DNA of 64,000 nucleotides from an archaeon (GTDB taxonomy: Archaea > Nanobdellota > Nanobdellia > Woesearchaeales > GW2011-AR15), in contig JABHXU010000011.1 of NCBI GenBank assembly GCA_018657065.1, forward strand, positions 22,948-86,947, given 5' to 3'. Both the position numbers and the translations under genes were made by a program. The notes beneath the pieces were generated by a model. The model did no database searches. It saw nothing but the letters and a program-made list of their open reading frames with translations, and was not told where the DNA came from. Shown here piece after piece: positions 1 through 9,120 of the stretch; the first letter of the stretch is position 1; every line of letters starts with the position of its first letter.

Positions 1-1536
1 TCTCAAGGGAAAAAAATTCCAACACACTCAGTTCTAAAAGATTTGTTTTTTATGACAGAATTAAAGAATTGTGTTATTATGGATGTTCAAGATCTTGCAA
101 AATTAGGTAAAAATCTTCAATTTGATATCACAAAAGGTAATGAAGATTTTATATATATGGATGGAACCAAATTAAAAACAAAAAAAGATGATATTGTTTT
201 AAGAAAAGGCAATCAGATATTAATCACTCATTTATATGGTGCAGGAAAATATTCGCTAGTATCTGAAAAAACCAAGGATGCTAGTTTTATGATTTGGTCT
301 GATGTTAAGCTTACAGATGAAAATGTTGAAAATGTTAAAAATGATTTAAAAAAATATCTCAAATTAATTTCAACCAAAGATACCAAGCTAAATTTCTTTG
401 AAGTTGAAGAAGAAAAGGAAAAAGAGGAAAATTTTATTGTAACTCCTTGGGAAGTTAAAGGTGATGTTGATTATAACAAATTAATAAGAAAATTTGGAAC
501 ATCAAGAATTGATTCAAAACTTCTTAAACGAATTAAAAAACATACAGGGGATCTTCATTATTTCCTAAAAAGAAAAATATTTTTTTCTCATAGAGATTTT
601 GATAAAATTTTAGATCATTATGAAAAAGGTGAAGAATTTGCTCTTTATACTGGAAGAGGCCCATCAGGTAATACTCATATTGGCCATATTATCCCTTGGT
701 TATTTACAAAATGGTTACAAGATAATTTTAATGTTGATTTATACTTTGAACTAACTGATGTAGAAAAGTTTTTAGTAAAAAATATGGAATTAAAAGACGC
801 TATACATTATTCTTATGAAAATATTCTTGATATAATTGCTGTTGGTTTTAATCCTAAAAAAACATTTATATTTTTGGATTCAGAAATGAGTGCAACAAGA
901 TTTAAAATTACAAATCAAATAGCAAAAAAGATTAATTTTTCAACTGCAAAAGCTGTTTTTGGATTTAATAATGAAACTAATATTGGTCTAATATTTCACC
1001 CGGCTGTTCAAGCAGCTCCTTGTTATCTACCTTCTTATCTTAAGAAAAAACAAATTCCAACATTAATTCCAGCAGCTATTGATCAGGACCCATACTGGAG
1101 AGTTACTAGAGATATTGCTGGAAAGGTAGGATTTCCTAAACCTTGTCAATTGCATTGTGGTTTTATGAAAGGATTTGGAAAAGGTGGTAAAATGTCTGCT
1201 TCAGATCCAAAAAGTGCAATCTATACTACAGATGATCCCAAAACTGTTAGGAAAAAGATCATGAAATATGCATTCTCTGGAGGAAGAGAAACTATTGAAG
1301 AACATAGAAAATATGGAGGTAATCCTGATGTTGATTTATCATATCACATGTTAACTTTCCTTGAACCAGATGATAAAAAACTAAAAAAGATTTATGGAGA
1401 TTATAAATCTGGTAAACTTCTATCAGGAGAACTAAAACAAATATGTGTAGACACAATCAATGAGTTTTTAGCTGAGCATCAAAAAAGAAGAGAAAAAGCT
1501 AAAAAAACATTTCATAAATACATGCTAAGAGAATAA
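1..1536 (+). CDS. trpS: Tryptophanyl-tRNA synthetase (archaeal/eukaryal type), 5-prime partial, with N-terminal B3/4-like extension
   Basis: The frame is open to base 1, with no stop upstream of the listed Met at 43. Class I aaRS signatures are present: YTGRGPSGNTHIGH (HIGH) and GKMSASDP (the KMSAS variant typical of TrpRS). The core starts at VTPWEV..DYNKLIRKFG. The first ~125 aa look like a B3/4 domain (LYGAGKYSLVSEKTKD). Confidence 0.9.
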   Translation, partial: SQGKKIPTHSVLKDLFFMTELKNCVIMDVQDLAKLGKNLQFDITKGNEDFIYMDGTKLKTKKDDIVLRKGNQILITHLYGAGKYSLVSEKTKDASFMIWSDVKLTDENVENVKNDLKKYLKLISTKDTKLNFFEVEEEKEKEENFIVTPWEVKGDVDYNKLIRKFGTSRIDSKLLKRIKKHTGDLHYFLKRKIFFSHRDFDKILDHYEKGEEFALYTGRGPSGNTHIGHIIPWLFTKWLQDNFNVDLYFELTDVEKFLVKNMELKDAIHYSYENILDIIAVGFNPKKTFIFLDSEMSATRFKITNQIAKKINFSTAKAVFGFNNETNIGLIFHPAVQAAPCYLPSYLKKKQIPTLIPAAIDQDPYWRVTRDIAGKVGFPKPCQLHCGFMKGFGKGGKMSASDPKSAIYTTDDPKTVRKKIMKYAFSGGRETIEEHRKYGGNPDVDLSYHMLTFLEPDDKKLKKIYGDYKSGKLLSGELKQICVDTINEFLAEHQKRREKAKKTFHKYMLRE

Positions 1537-1584
1537 ATTTATATACTTTTTATATTAAATTATATGTAAAGAGGTGTAACTATT

Positions 1585-1992
1585 ATGGCAAAATCAAGCT
1601 TCGCTCCACTTAATGGAACTTTTATGGGTGTATCTATTGTCGGTCTTTTAATATCAATATACTATGTAATATACCCTACAATTAATATTTCTTCATTTTT
1701 CTCAGCATTTTTTATAATATTATTTATCATGTCAGCACTTAGTAAAGGAAAATCTAGTTTAGGTTACATGATGGTATCAATTCTAGGTATAATCGCCTCA
1801 ATTATATTTTATTACTATATAAATTCTGACAAATTATCAGGTGAACTATTTATTTCACCTCAAACATGGGGATTAACTTTTGCAATATTTTTTGCATATA
1901 TGTTTTTTAATTCAATGGTTTCAATGACTGTTGCAAATCCTGATGATTTTGTTGAAATAGAAGGAGATTTTAAGCCAAAAAAAAATAAATGA
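1585..1992 (+). CDS. Small multi-pass membrane protein, unknown function
   Basis: 135-aa ORF with about four hydrophobic helices. GGTG-like RBS upstream. Its stop overlaps the next start (ATGA). Confidence 0.55.
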   Translation: MAKSSFAPLNGTFMGVSIVGLLISIYYVIYPTINISSFFSAFFIILFIMSALSKGKSSLGYMMVSILGIIASIIFYYYINSDKLSGELFISPQTWGLTFAIFFAYMFFNSMVSMTVANPDDFVEIEGDFKPKKNK

Positions 1993-3548
1993 AAAATAAA
2001 ATTTTTCTTGTTCTTTTTTTTCTTTTAACTATTTCAATTTGCAATGCTCAAAACTATATTCTTCCTACTAAAATCTCTGGTCAAATTTTAGCAAAAAATA
2101 TTCCTATTGAAAATTTTGAAATTACTGTTCATTACCTGGACATATCAGGTGAATTACAAACCCAAACAACTTTTACTCTTGATAAAGAAACTGCAATTAA
2201 AAGAAGAAATCCAAGTCAAAAGGGTTATTATTTTTTTGATGAAATTAGAGCTGTCAAAGGTACAAATATTATTTTAGATTTAAAACAAACTAATCATAAT
2301 TTAATTATTCCTGCAAATCCAGGATATAGTATTGAGGTCACAACAATTTCATTAAATTTTGTCTATCAACCTTCAAGTCCAACAAATGTAACGGAAGAAA
2401 TTAATTATCAAACACAATCACAAAATAATGAAGAAATATTAGCTTTAATTAATTCATCTAATACAAAACTTGAAGAATTAAACCAATATGAAGACTCTCA
2501 AGACAAAACAGAATTAAATTACAATATATCAAAAAATAACCCTGTTTTAATTAACGAATCTGTTCAAAGTCCAACATTTAATAATGTAAAAAAGCAAGGA
2601 TCAAAAGCGGCAAAAGATATTTTCAATATTTTCATTGTTTTATTAATAGTGGGTGTAGGTTTAGTTATTTTATTTTTATTAATTAAATTTTCAACAAAGT
2701 TTTTTAGCAATACTGTTTCAAAAATTACTTTATCACCTACTAAAGCTTCCTCTAGGAATATTTTAAACAAAAAAGTTGGTTTTATCATGAACTCTTGTAA
2801 AAAAATATCAGTTAATGAATCTCTTCATAATATTCTTGCTATGATGTCAGCCACAGGATCTGATATTGTGTTTGTAGTAAATAATAATAGATGTATTGGT
2901 AAAATTGATGAAAAAGATATTTTAAAAATTGATTTAACAAAAAAAGACTTAATGAATATTCAAGCAAAAGAGATTATGTCTAAAAATGTCGTTCTTATCG
3001 AAAATGATAAATCAATTGAAGAAGCATTTTATGTAGTCACTCAAGAAAATGTTGATGTTATTGGTATCACAGATAATAATGTTTTAGAAGGTCAAATTTC
3101 TTCCATAGATTTATTACAACAAGCTTCAAAATTTAAAGGAGATATTTCCAAAAATATAACTGCTAGAACTATTATGAGTAAAAATATTAACCTTATTGAT
3201 AAAAAAGAAACCATTCTTCATGTTAGAGATTTAATGCTATCAAATAACAATCTTTTTTTTATTGTCAATGAAGAAAAAAATCATCTTGGAACTTTTACAG
3301 CAAAAGATTTTATCCACAGTCTAACAAAGTATGGTAATAAAATTCAAAATATGTCTATTGAACAAGTAATGCATAGTTCTATAACCAGTTTAAAACCTGA
3401 TTTAGACATTAATCAAATAACTCAAATTATCTTAGAAAAAAAATTCAAAAATTATCCTTTAAAATTTGAAAAAGAAATTCAAGGAATTTTAAAATTAAAA
3501 TCGGTTTTAGAAATCTATCTAAAATCTATGCAAAAAGAATTAATTTAA
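1989..3548 (+). CDS. Membrane protein with extracellular N-domain and cytoplasmic tandem CBS domains
   Basis: Signal peptide (FLVLFFLLTISICNA) and a central TM helix (IFIVLLIVGVGLVILFLLI). The C-terminal half has repeated CBS-like units (IMS.NV..I....SI.EA......N.D.IGI.D). Confidence 0.7.
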   Translation: MKNKIFLVLFFLLTISICNAQNYILPTKISGQILAKNIPIENFEITVHYLDISGELQTQTTFTLDKETAIKRRNPSQKGYYFFDEIRAVKGTNIILDLKQTNHNLIIPANPGYSIEVTTISLNFVYQPSSPTNVTEEINYQTQSQNNEEILALINSSNTKLEELNQYEDSQDKTELNYNISKNNPVLINESVQSPTFNNVKKQGSKAAKDIFNIFIVLLIVGVGLVILFLLIKFSTKFFSNTVSKITLSPTKASSRNILNKKVGFIMNSCKKISVNESLHNILAMMSATGSDIVFVVNNNRCIGKIDEKDILKIDLTKKDLMNIQAKEIMSKNVVLIENDKSIEEAFYVVTQENVDVIGITDNNVLEGQISSIDLLQQASKFKGDISKNITARTIMSKNINLIDKKETILHVRDLMLSNNNLFFIVNEEKNHLGTFTAKDFIHSLTKYGNKIQNMSIEQVMHSSITSLKPDLDINQITQIILEKKFKNYPLKFEKEIQGILKLKSVLEIYLKSMQKELI

Positions 3549-3847
3549 TTTATTTTGAATTTACTATCAAATTTTTCTTTGGCTTTATTTTCTTTATAAT
3601 AAATTTCATGAGATCCTCTTTTTTCAAAAAGAGCAATTGCTATATTTATCATGTCTGTTTGATAAGGCTTTAAAGAATTTGCTTCAATAATTTTTTTTGC
3701 GTCACTAATGCTTTCACGCATTTTTTCAATATTTTCTTTTCTAGCAAGTGTTTCTTGTTCTTTTTCTTCATTATCACTTAACACAATCTCTTCCCAAATA
3801 GGATAAGAAGATTTGTCAGTTGTTCGAGGAAATGATTTGCTAAACAT
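3545..3847 (-). CDS. Hypothetical small charged protein downstream of the HerA-like ATPase
   Basis: 100-aa ORF, same strand and 54 nt downstream of the ATPase gene. No recognisable motif. Confidence 0.4.
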   Translation of the reverse strand: MFSKSFPRTTDKSSYPIWEEIVLSDNEEKEQETLARKENIEKMRESISDAKKIIEANSLKPYQTDMINIAIALFEKRGSHEIYYKENKAKEKFDSKFKIN

Positions 3848-3901
3848 TATTAATACCTAAAAGAAGGGTAATATAATTGTATTTAAAAATTTAAGTAAAT
3901 A

Positions 3902-5260
3902 TTAAATATCAAATATTTTCTTTTTAGAAGGAACAGCATTAGGTGCTTCTCCACCATGCCAAGTAAATCTAGGTCTAACTCTCATAGGATACATTCTTTC
4001 ATTATTATCATCTAATATTATTGCTGCTCCTTTTTCCCGAGGTAAATTATCTAAATATTGTGAAAGACCTGTTCTCATATAAGATTGCATCAACATTCCT
4101 AAAGCATCAGTATCTAATTTTGCTGTAATTCTATGACTTAAAATAATGTCTGACTGAGTCATAACATCTGTATGGATTTTTCCTGGTTGTTGTGTTGCTA
4201 AAATTAATGAAATCCCTGGTTGTCTACCCTCTCTAAGAATTGTAATTAAAGGATCTGATGCTGCGGTTTTTCCTGAAACTGGTAAAAATTCATGTGCTTC
4301 GTCTATTATTAACCAAACCATTGGATATTCCATCTTTTTTTGTTTTTCTTCTCCAAAAAAATGAACAGATTCATGGACTGCTTGAAATTCTTCATCTTTC
4401 CTAGAAATCATTCTTTGGATAAAAAGTTTTTTTGAAATTAAGCCTATAACTAGAGATTTAATGTTCCATCCTCCTGGAGTAGTTGCATAAATACTTACAT
4501 CTAATACTGTTACTTGCCCACCTTTAACAAGATCATTAATTGGTGTTCCGTCTTTATCAAATAATCCCCAGGTTTTTGCGTTTACAAGTAAATTTAATGC
4601 TTTATCTTTGGCTCTATTTGAAACTTTTTCATCTGTTTTAATTTTTTCTTGAATATCATCTAATGAAAAATTTTCTATTGATACTTTTAAATCTGTTATA
4701 ACACGTTCAAACAATACTCCTTCTTCACTATTTCTATCGATTCCTAAACTAAGTACCCAATCTTCAATATCTAATTCATTTGGTCTAATTGAAAATGGAA
4801 AATCTGTAGGAATCCCTTTTTCTTTAAATTCTTCATAACTTCCTTTTGGTGTAAATATCGTTACATCCAAGCCTTTTGGTTTAATATCCCATAAATCTAA
4901 TAAATCTCGCTCTTTTTGATTAGGAAATTTCATAGACCAATAAATTCCCATTGTATCTAAAATAACAATTGCAATGTTTTGTTTAATATCAGATTCTAAA
5001 TCTGACACTCCTTCGGCAATTACACCCATTGTATAACTTTTTCCACCACCCCTCTTACCACATACAAACACAACATGAGATCGAGTGACATCCAAATACA
5101 TTTTATTTGAAAGAGAAGTTACTTGACCCATCTGAACATAATGCTTTCCAAGCAATACTGTACCTCTTAAACCATACTTTTTAAAATCACTTTGGCTTCT
5201 TCCAACTACGATGTCATACATGTTTAATTTAATAGAAGCGACGTTTATATAATTTTTCAT
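3902..5260 (-). CDS. HerA/FtsK-class P-loop ATPase (DUF87 / COG0433-like)
   Basis: Walker A VCGKRGGGKSYTMG and Walker B WLIIDEAHEF, followed by REGRQPGISLILATQQP. This layout is typical of DUF87 ATPases. Confidence 0.8.
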   Translation of the reverse strand: MKNYINVASIKLNMYDIVVGRSQSDFKKYGLRGTVLLGKHYVQMGQVTSLSNKMYLDVTRSHVVFVCGKRGGGKSYTMGVIAEGVSDLESDIKQNIAIVILDTMGIYWSMKFPNQKERDLLDLWDIKPKGLDVTIFTPKGSYEEFKEKGIPTDFPFSIRPNELDIEDWVLSLGIDRNSEEGVLFERVITDLKVSIENFSLDDIQEKIKTDEKVSNRAKDKALNLLVNAKTWGLFDKDGTPINDLVKGGQVTVLDVSIYATTPGGWNIKSLVIGLISKKLFIQRMISRKDEEFQAVHESVHFFGEEKQKKMEYPMVWLIIDEAHEFLPVSGKTAASDPLITILREGRQPGISLILATQQPGKIHTDVMTQSDIILSHRITAKLDTDALGMLMQSYMRTGLSQYLDNLPREKGAAIILDDNNERMYPMRVRPRFTWHGGEAPNAVPSKKKIFDI

Positions 5261-5361
5261 AATCTATAGGAGGATTTTCAATCCAAAAAAAACTATTAAA
5301 AACCCCATTTCTACATAATCTTTTTATATATTATCAAGTTCTCACCTCCTAATCGGGGGTT

Positions 5362-6459
5362 ATGATTATGGCTAAAAAGATTCCAAAAAAAAAATCTCAA
5401 TCTAAAAATGAGTACAAAGAAAAAGTTATGAAAATTAAGAAAAAAAGACAACTTGTAAATTTAGCGCTAGGTGCTTTACTTGTGTTAATTATTATTTCAA
5501 GTTTAGTAATTTTACTTAAAGGTGACATCGATCTTCCATTTTTTAAGAAGATATCAAGTGTTTTTCCAGAAGAAGAAAAATATGCAGTAATTGTTAATCA
5601 AGAACCTGTAACACTAGATGAATTTAATGAAAGATATGAACAAATCCCACCACAGTATAAAGATTATATAACTAAAGATAATTTACTCGATCAAATTATT
5701 GACGAGAAACTACTTTTAGCTAAAGCCAATGAAATGGGTATTATCATTACTGATGAAGAAATTAATGAATATATGACAAACCTAACTACTGAAGCAGGAG
5801 TTACTATTGAAGATTTTGAAGCAATGTTATCTGAAAATGGTTTAACTTTAGATGACGCAAAAATCGTCTACAAAAGATCTATGACTTTAAATCAAGTTGT
5901 TCAACAATTAGTTTTTTCAGATTTAGAGATAAGTGAAATTGACATTAGTGATTACTATAATAAAAATATTGAAACATTCAAAACACCTGAAAGTATCAAT
6001 GTTTCACATATTCTAGTATGTCATAATGAAAGTGAAAGATGTGAATCTGAATTATCAAAAGAAGAATCTTTAGTAAGAGCTAATGAAATTATCGAATTAA
6101 TAGATGAAGATAATTTTGCTAGTATAGCTTTAGAATATTCAGATGAACCTGCAGCTCAACAAACTCTAGGAAATTTAGGTTGGGTTAATAGAGAAATTCC
6201 TTTTGACCAAGATTTCTTAGATGCTTCCTTTGAACTTGAAGTTGGAGAGATTTCAGAACCTGTTGAAACTATCTTTGGTTATCATATAATCACTGTGTTT
6301 GAAACCAGACCAGAAGAAACTCTTGAACTAGATACTGTCAAAAACGCTATCAACCAAACTCTATTAAATGAATTACAGTCTGGAGCATATATAGTTTATA
6401 TGGAAGGTATGAGAAACAAAACTGAAATAATTTATTTTGATTTAGAAGGAGAAGAATAA
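5362..6459 (+). CDS. Membrane-anchored parvulin-type peptidyl-prolyl isomerase (PpiC/PrsA/SurA-like)
   Basis: N-terminal TM anchor and a SurA-N-like helical region. Parvulin core VSHILV ... LGNLGWV ... FGYHIITV. Confidence 0.8.
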   Translation: MIMAKKIPKKKSQSKNEYKEKVMKIKKKRQLVNLALGALLVLIIISSLVILLKGDIDLPFFKKISSVFPEEEKYAVIVNQEPVTLDEFNERYEQIPPQYKDYITKDNLLDQIIDEKLLLAKANEMGIIITDEEINEYMTNLTTEAGVTIEDFEAMLSENGLTLDDAKIVYKRSMTLNQVVQQLVFSDLEISEIDISDYYNKNIETFKTPESINVSHILVCHNESERCESELSKEESLVRANEIIELIDEDNFASIALEYSDEPAAQQTLGNLGWVNREIPFDQDFLDASFELEVGEISEPVETIFGYHIITVFETRPEETLELDTVKNAINQTLLNELQSGAYIVYMEGMRNKTEIIYFDLEGEE

Positions 6460-6636
6460 CTTTTCTAAACTTATTTTTATTTTCTAAATTTTTTTAATTA
6501 ATTATCTTTACTTTCTAGATTATATTATAAAAAATATAAATAATTTAAATTAAAACTAAAAAAAGTGTAAGATAAAAAAATAAATTAAAAAAAGAAAACA
6601 AAAGATGTTTTTAATTTTAAAATTGAGTTAACAATT

Positions 6637-7842
6637 TTAGAAATCATCAACAGTCATTTGAACAACGCTTGAAGATTTACTTTTAACTTTGTTATCCATT
6701 CCAATAAGGAATGCAACATTTGCTTTCTCAGCAACAGCTACAAGATCTTTATCAATAATCCCATCAAAGATTACAGCATGAACTCCTGTATTTAAGGAAT
6801 TAAGAGTTGATTGAAGTTCTGAGATTGGAACTTTACCTAAAATATTTAGTCCATCATCAAGCACATATGCCCCTCTTGTACCAATTAAATCTTCTAACAT
6901 ATCATTGAATGCTGATTTTTCTTCATCTGTGATTTCTTTAACAACTTTTTTTTCAACAGGTTTTCTTTCTGTTCTTGATGAAGATCTAGATGAAGAAGTT
7001 TTTCTACCTTCTTTAGCATCTAATTTAACTTGTTCAGCTGAAATTCTACTTCTAATTGCTTTATGAATTTCTTTTTTTGTTATTTCTTCAACTTCTTTTC
7101 CATCTGGTGCTTTAGCTACATAATCTACTTCTGTTACACCCATTAATTCTTGAACAATTAAAGTTCCGCCTCTATCTCCATCAACAAAAATTGTTAAAAT
7201 TTTTTGATTTCCTAGTTCAACAATTTCTGGAGGTACTGAGGTTCCATTCATTGCTATTACATTTTTGAACCCATGCTTTAATAAATTTAAGACATCTGCT
7301 CTTCCTTCTACGACAATTACTTCTTCGGATTCATCTACTGCAGGTCCTGCAGGTAGTCTAGATCTTCCAAACTCTTGAATTTCCATAACTCTAACTGAGT
7401 ATGCTACTTCATCACTAATTTCTTGAGAATCAGGCATAACATCTTCCATTAATCTTTTCAAAAGATATTTAGCTCTTTCAATAACTTGATTTCTTTTTGA
7501 GATCCTAATATCTTCAATTTTTTGAACTACAATTTTTGCATTACACGGACCTATTCTTTGAATAATTTCTAAAGCTGCTCCAACAATTGCTGTCTCTGCT
7601 TTATCTAAACTAGAAGGAATAGTTATAGTTCCAGTAGTTTTACCTAATTTAGTTTCTGTTTGAACTTCAATTCTTCCAATTCTACCAGATCTTTGTAATT
7701 CTCTAAGTTCTAAATCTGATCCTAGAAGTCCTTCTGTTTGACCAAAAACTGCTCCAATAACATCAGGTCTATCTACGACTCCTTCAATATCAATATTTGC
7801 GTGAATAATGTATTTTGCTGATATAGGGCTTATTTTTCCCAT
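6637..7842 (-). CDS. dnaG: Archaeal DnaG-type primase (Toprim)
   Basis: Archaeal DnaG N-terminus AKYIIHANIDIEGVVDRPDVIGAVFGQTEGLLG. Toprim motifs VVEGRADVLNL and FVDGDRGG. GGAGG RBS upstream. Confidence 0.92.
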   Translation of the reverse strand: MGKISPISAKYIIHANIDIEGVVDRPDVIGAVFGQTEGLLGSDLELRELQRSGRIGRIEVQTETKLGKTTGTITIPSSLDKAETAIVGAALEIIQRIGPCNAKIVVQKIEDIRISKRNQVIERAKYLLKRLMEDVMPDSQEISDEVAYSVRVMEIQEFGRSRLPAGPAVDESEEVIVVEGRADVLNLLKHGFKNVIAMNGTSVPPEIVELGNQKILTIFVDGDRGGTLIVQELMGVTEVDYVAKAPDGKEVEEITKKEIHKAIRSRISAEQVKLDAKEGRKTSSSRSSSRTERKPVEKKVVKEITDEEKSAFNDMLEDLIGTRGAYVLDDGLNILGKVPISELQSTLNSLNTGVHAVIFDGIIDKDLVAVAEKANVAFLIGMDNKVKSKSSSVVQMTVDDF

Positions 7843-7893
7843 TTTTAATTACCTCCTTATAGAGTTTCTACTATACGTAAAATTCTCTATTAA

Positions 7894-8138
7894 GCCCTAG
7901 AAAAAAGTTCTGCATTTGTTTTATTATATTTGTTATTTTGTGATACAGTGAACATGATGATCTACCTTTTTATCTAGGGCAAGAACAAGTAAACAAATTG
8001 TTTCAATTTATGTGATATATTGTGATATTAGTGAATATTACTTGTTCTCAATGATTATGAATTGTTGCCCGCTCCACTAACCCCTAAGCTCATTGCTTGA
8101 CTTTGTCGTGAGCTCCATTAGGTACTCTCGTGGCGGGC
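7894..8138. ncRNA. Candidate structured non-coding RNA (unclassified) in the 417-nt intergenic region upstream of dnaG
   Basis: Three helices are visible. (1) 7894-7900 gccctag pairs with 7974-7980 ctagggc. (2) 7982-7992 agaacaagtaa pairs with 8038-8048 ttacttgttct. (3) A long, locally GC-enriched irregular hairpin spans 8067-8138 (gcccgc..cac..cctaa..gctca / tgagc..ttagg..gtg..gcgggc). No ORF covers the region. Confidence 0.3.
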
Positions 8139-8259
8139 TGTATTATACAAGAGTGTCTCAAACTCATCAAATTCCTCGTCGAGGATCTCATAAGAGGACC
8201 CATTTATATAACTATATTAGGGATACTGACTAAATTTATAAAAGTTTTGTATTTATCTA

Positions 8260-9099
8260 TTGATTATGAATAAGAGAATAAAATACCTGTTATTACTCTT
8301 TAAAGTGAGTAGACCAGTATTATGGATTGTAGGTCCTTTGATCTTTATATCTGGAATAATTGTAAGTAATTCAACTATCTCTGTTCTTGCATTTATTCAA
8401 TTAATTTTAATGTCATTTCCATTATCTTTAGTCACATTTGGAATAAATGACATACACGACTATAAAACAGATCTAATCAATCCTAGGAAAAAAATTATTG
8501 AAGGAATTATTCTTTCTCCTAAATATCATAAATTTGTTTTAAAATATGTTTATTTGTTCTCTTTACTCATAATTCTAGTTTCCTTTTTTTCAAAAAATCT
8601 AATGAATATAATTTCAACAATCTTAGTTGTTTTTTTTGCTCATATGTATTCAACTCAACCTATTCGCTTTAAAGAATTACCACCATTTGATTCAATCTCA
8701 AATGGTCTTTTAGTTTTTTTTAGTTTTTTAATAGGATTTAGTTATAACAGTTCATTTTCACAATTAACACCTCAAATATATGGAGCAACTATTTGTATAA
8801 TTGGATTTCACTCATATACAACAATTATGGATTACTCAGCAGATAAAAAATCTAAAACAAAAACTTTTGCAGTAGTTTACGGAAAAAGAGTTAGTGCCTT
8901 ATTTTCACTTTTATTAACTCTTTTTACACAGATTTTCATTAATTATTCTCTTATTGTTAGTAATTTTCTGAATTTGTGCATTTTAATTTATTTAATTTCT
9001 GTATTCTATCCAAATGAAAAATTATCAAAAACTCTTGTCAAAGTTATATATCTAACTGGTATTGTTGTTTCTTTAATTTGGATAGGAATTTTTAAATAA
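8260..9099 (+). CDS. UbiA-family prenyltransferase
   Basis: Polytopic membrane protein with the Asp-rich motif NDIHDYKTD. The listed start is TTG; an ATG follows at 8266. Confidence 0.8.
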   Translation: MIMNKRIKYLLLLFKVSRPVLWIVGPLIFISGIIVSNSTISVLAFIQLILMSFPLSLVTFGINDIHDYKTDLINPRKKIIEGIILSPKYHKFVLKYVYLFSLLIILVSFFSKNLMNIISTILVVFFAHMYSTQPIRFKELPPFDSISNGLLVFFSFLIGFSYNSSFSQLTPQIYGATICIIGFHSYTTIMDYSADKKSKTKTFAVVYGKRVSALFSLLLTLFTQIFINYSLIVSNFLNLCILIYLISVFYPNEKLSKTLVKVIYLTGIVVSLIWIGIFK

Positions 9100-9120
9100 T
9101 CATTCTTATTTTCCTCTTTC

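Noticed and set aside
7861-8215. Specific call of RNase P RNA or SRP RNA on the minus strand.
   Set aside because: Only a loose CR-V-like match (GCAGAAC...GGGCUUAAU) is present. There is no convincing CR-I GGAAAGUCC and no P4 pairing. For SRP there is no helix-8 GGAA/AGCA-type motif. It is kept only as an unclassified structured-RNA candidate.
7843-8259. Possible replication origin next to dnaG (long AT-rich spacer with tandem 10-mers tgtgatatat/tgtgatatta/gtgaatatta).
   Set aside because: There is no Orc1/Cdc6 gene nearby and no ORB-like long inverted repeats. The repeats are only three short imperfect units located inside a predicted helix loop. A structured RNA or promoter region is a simpler reading.
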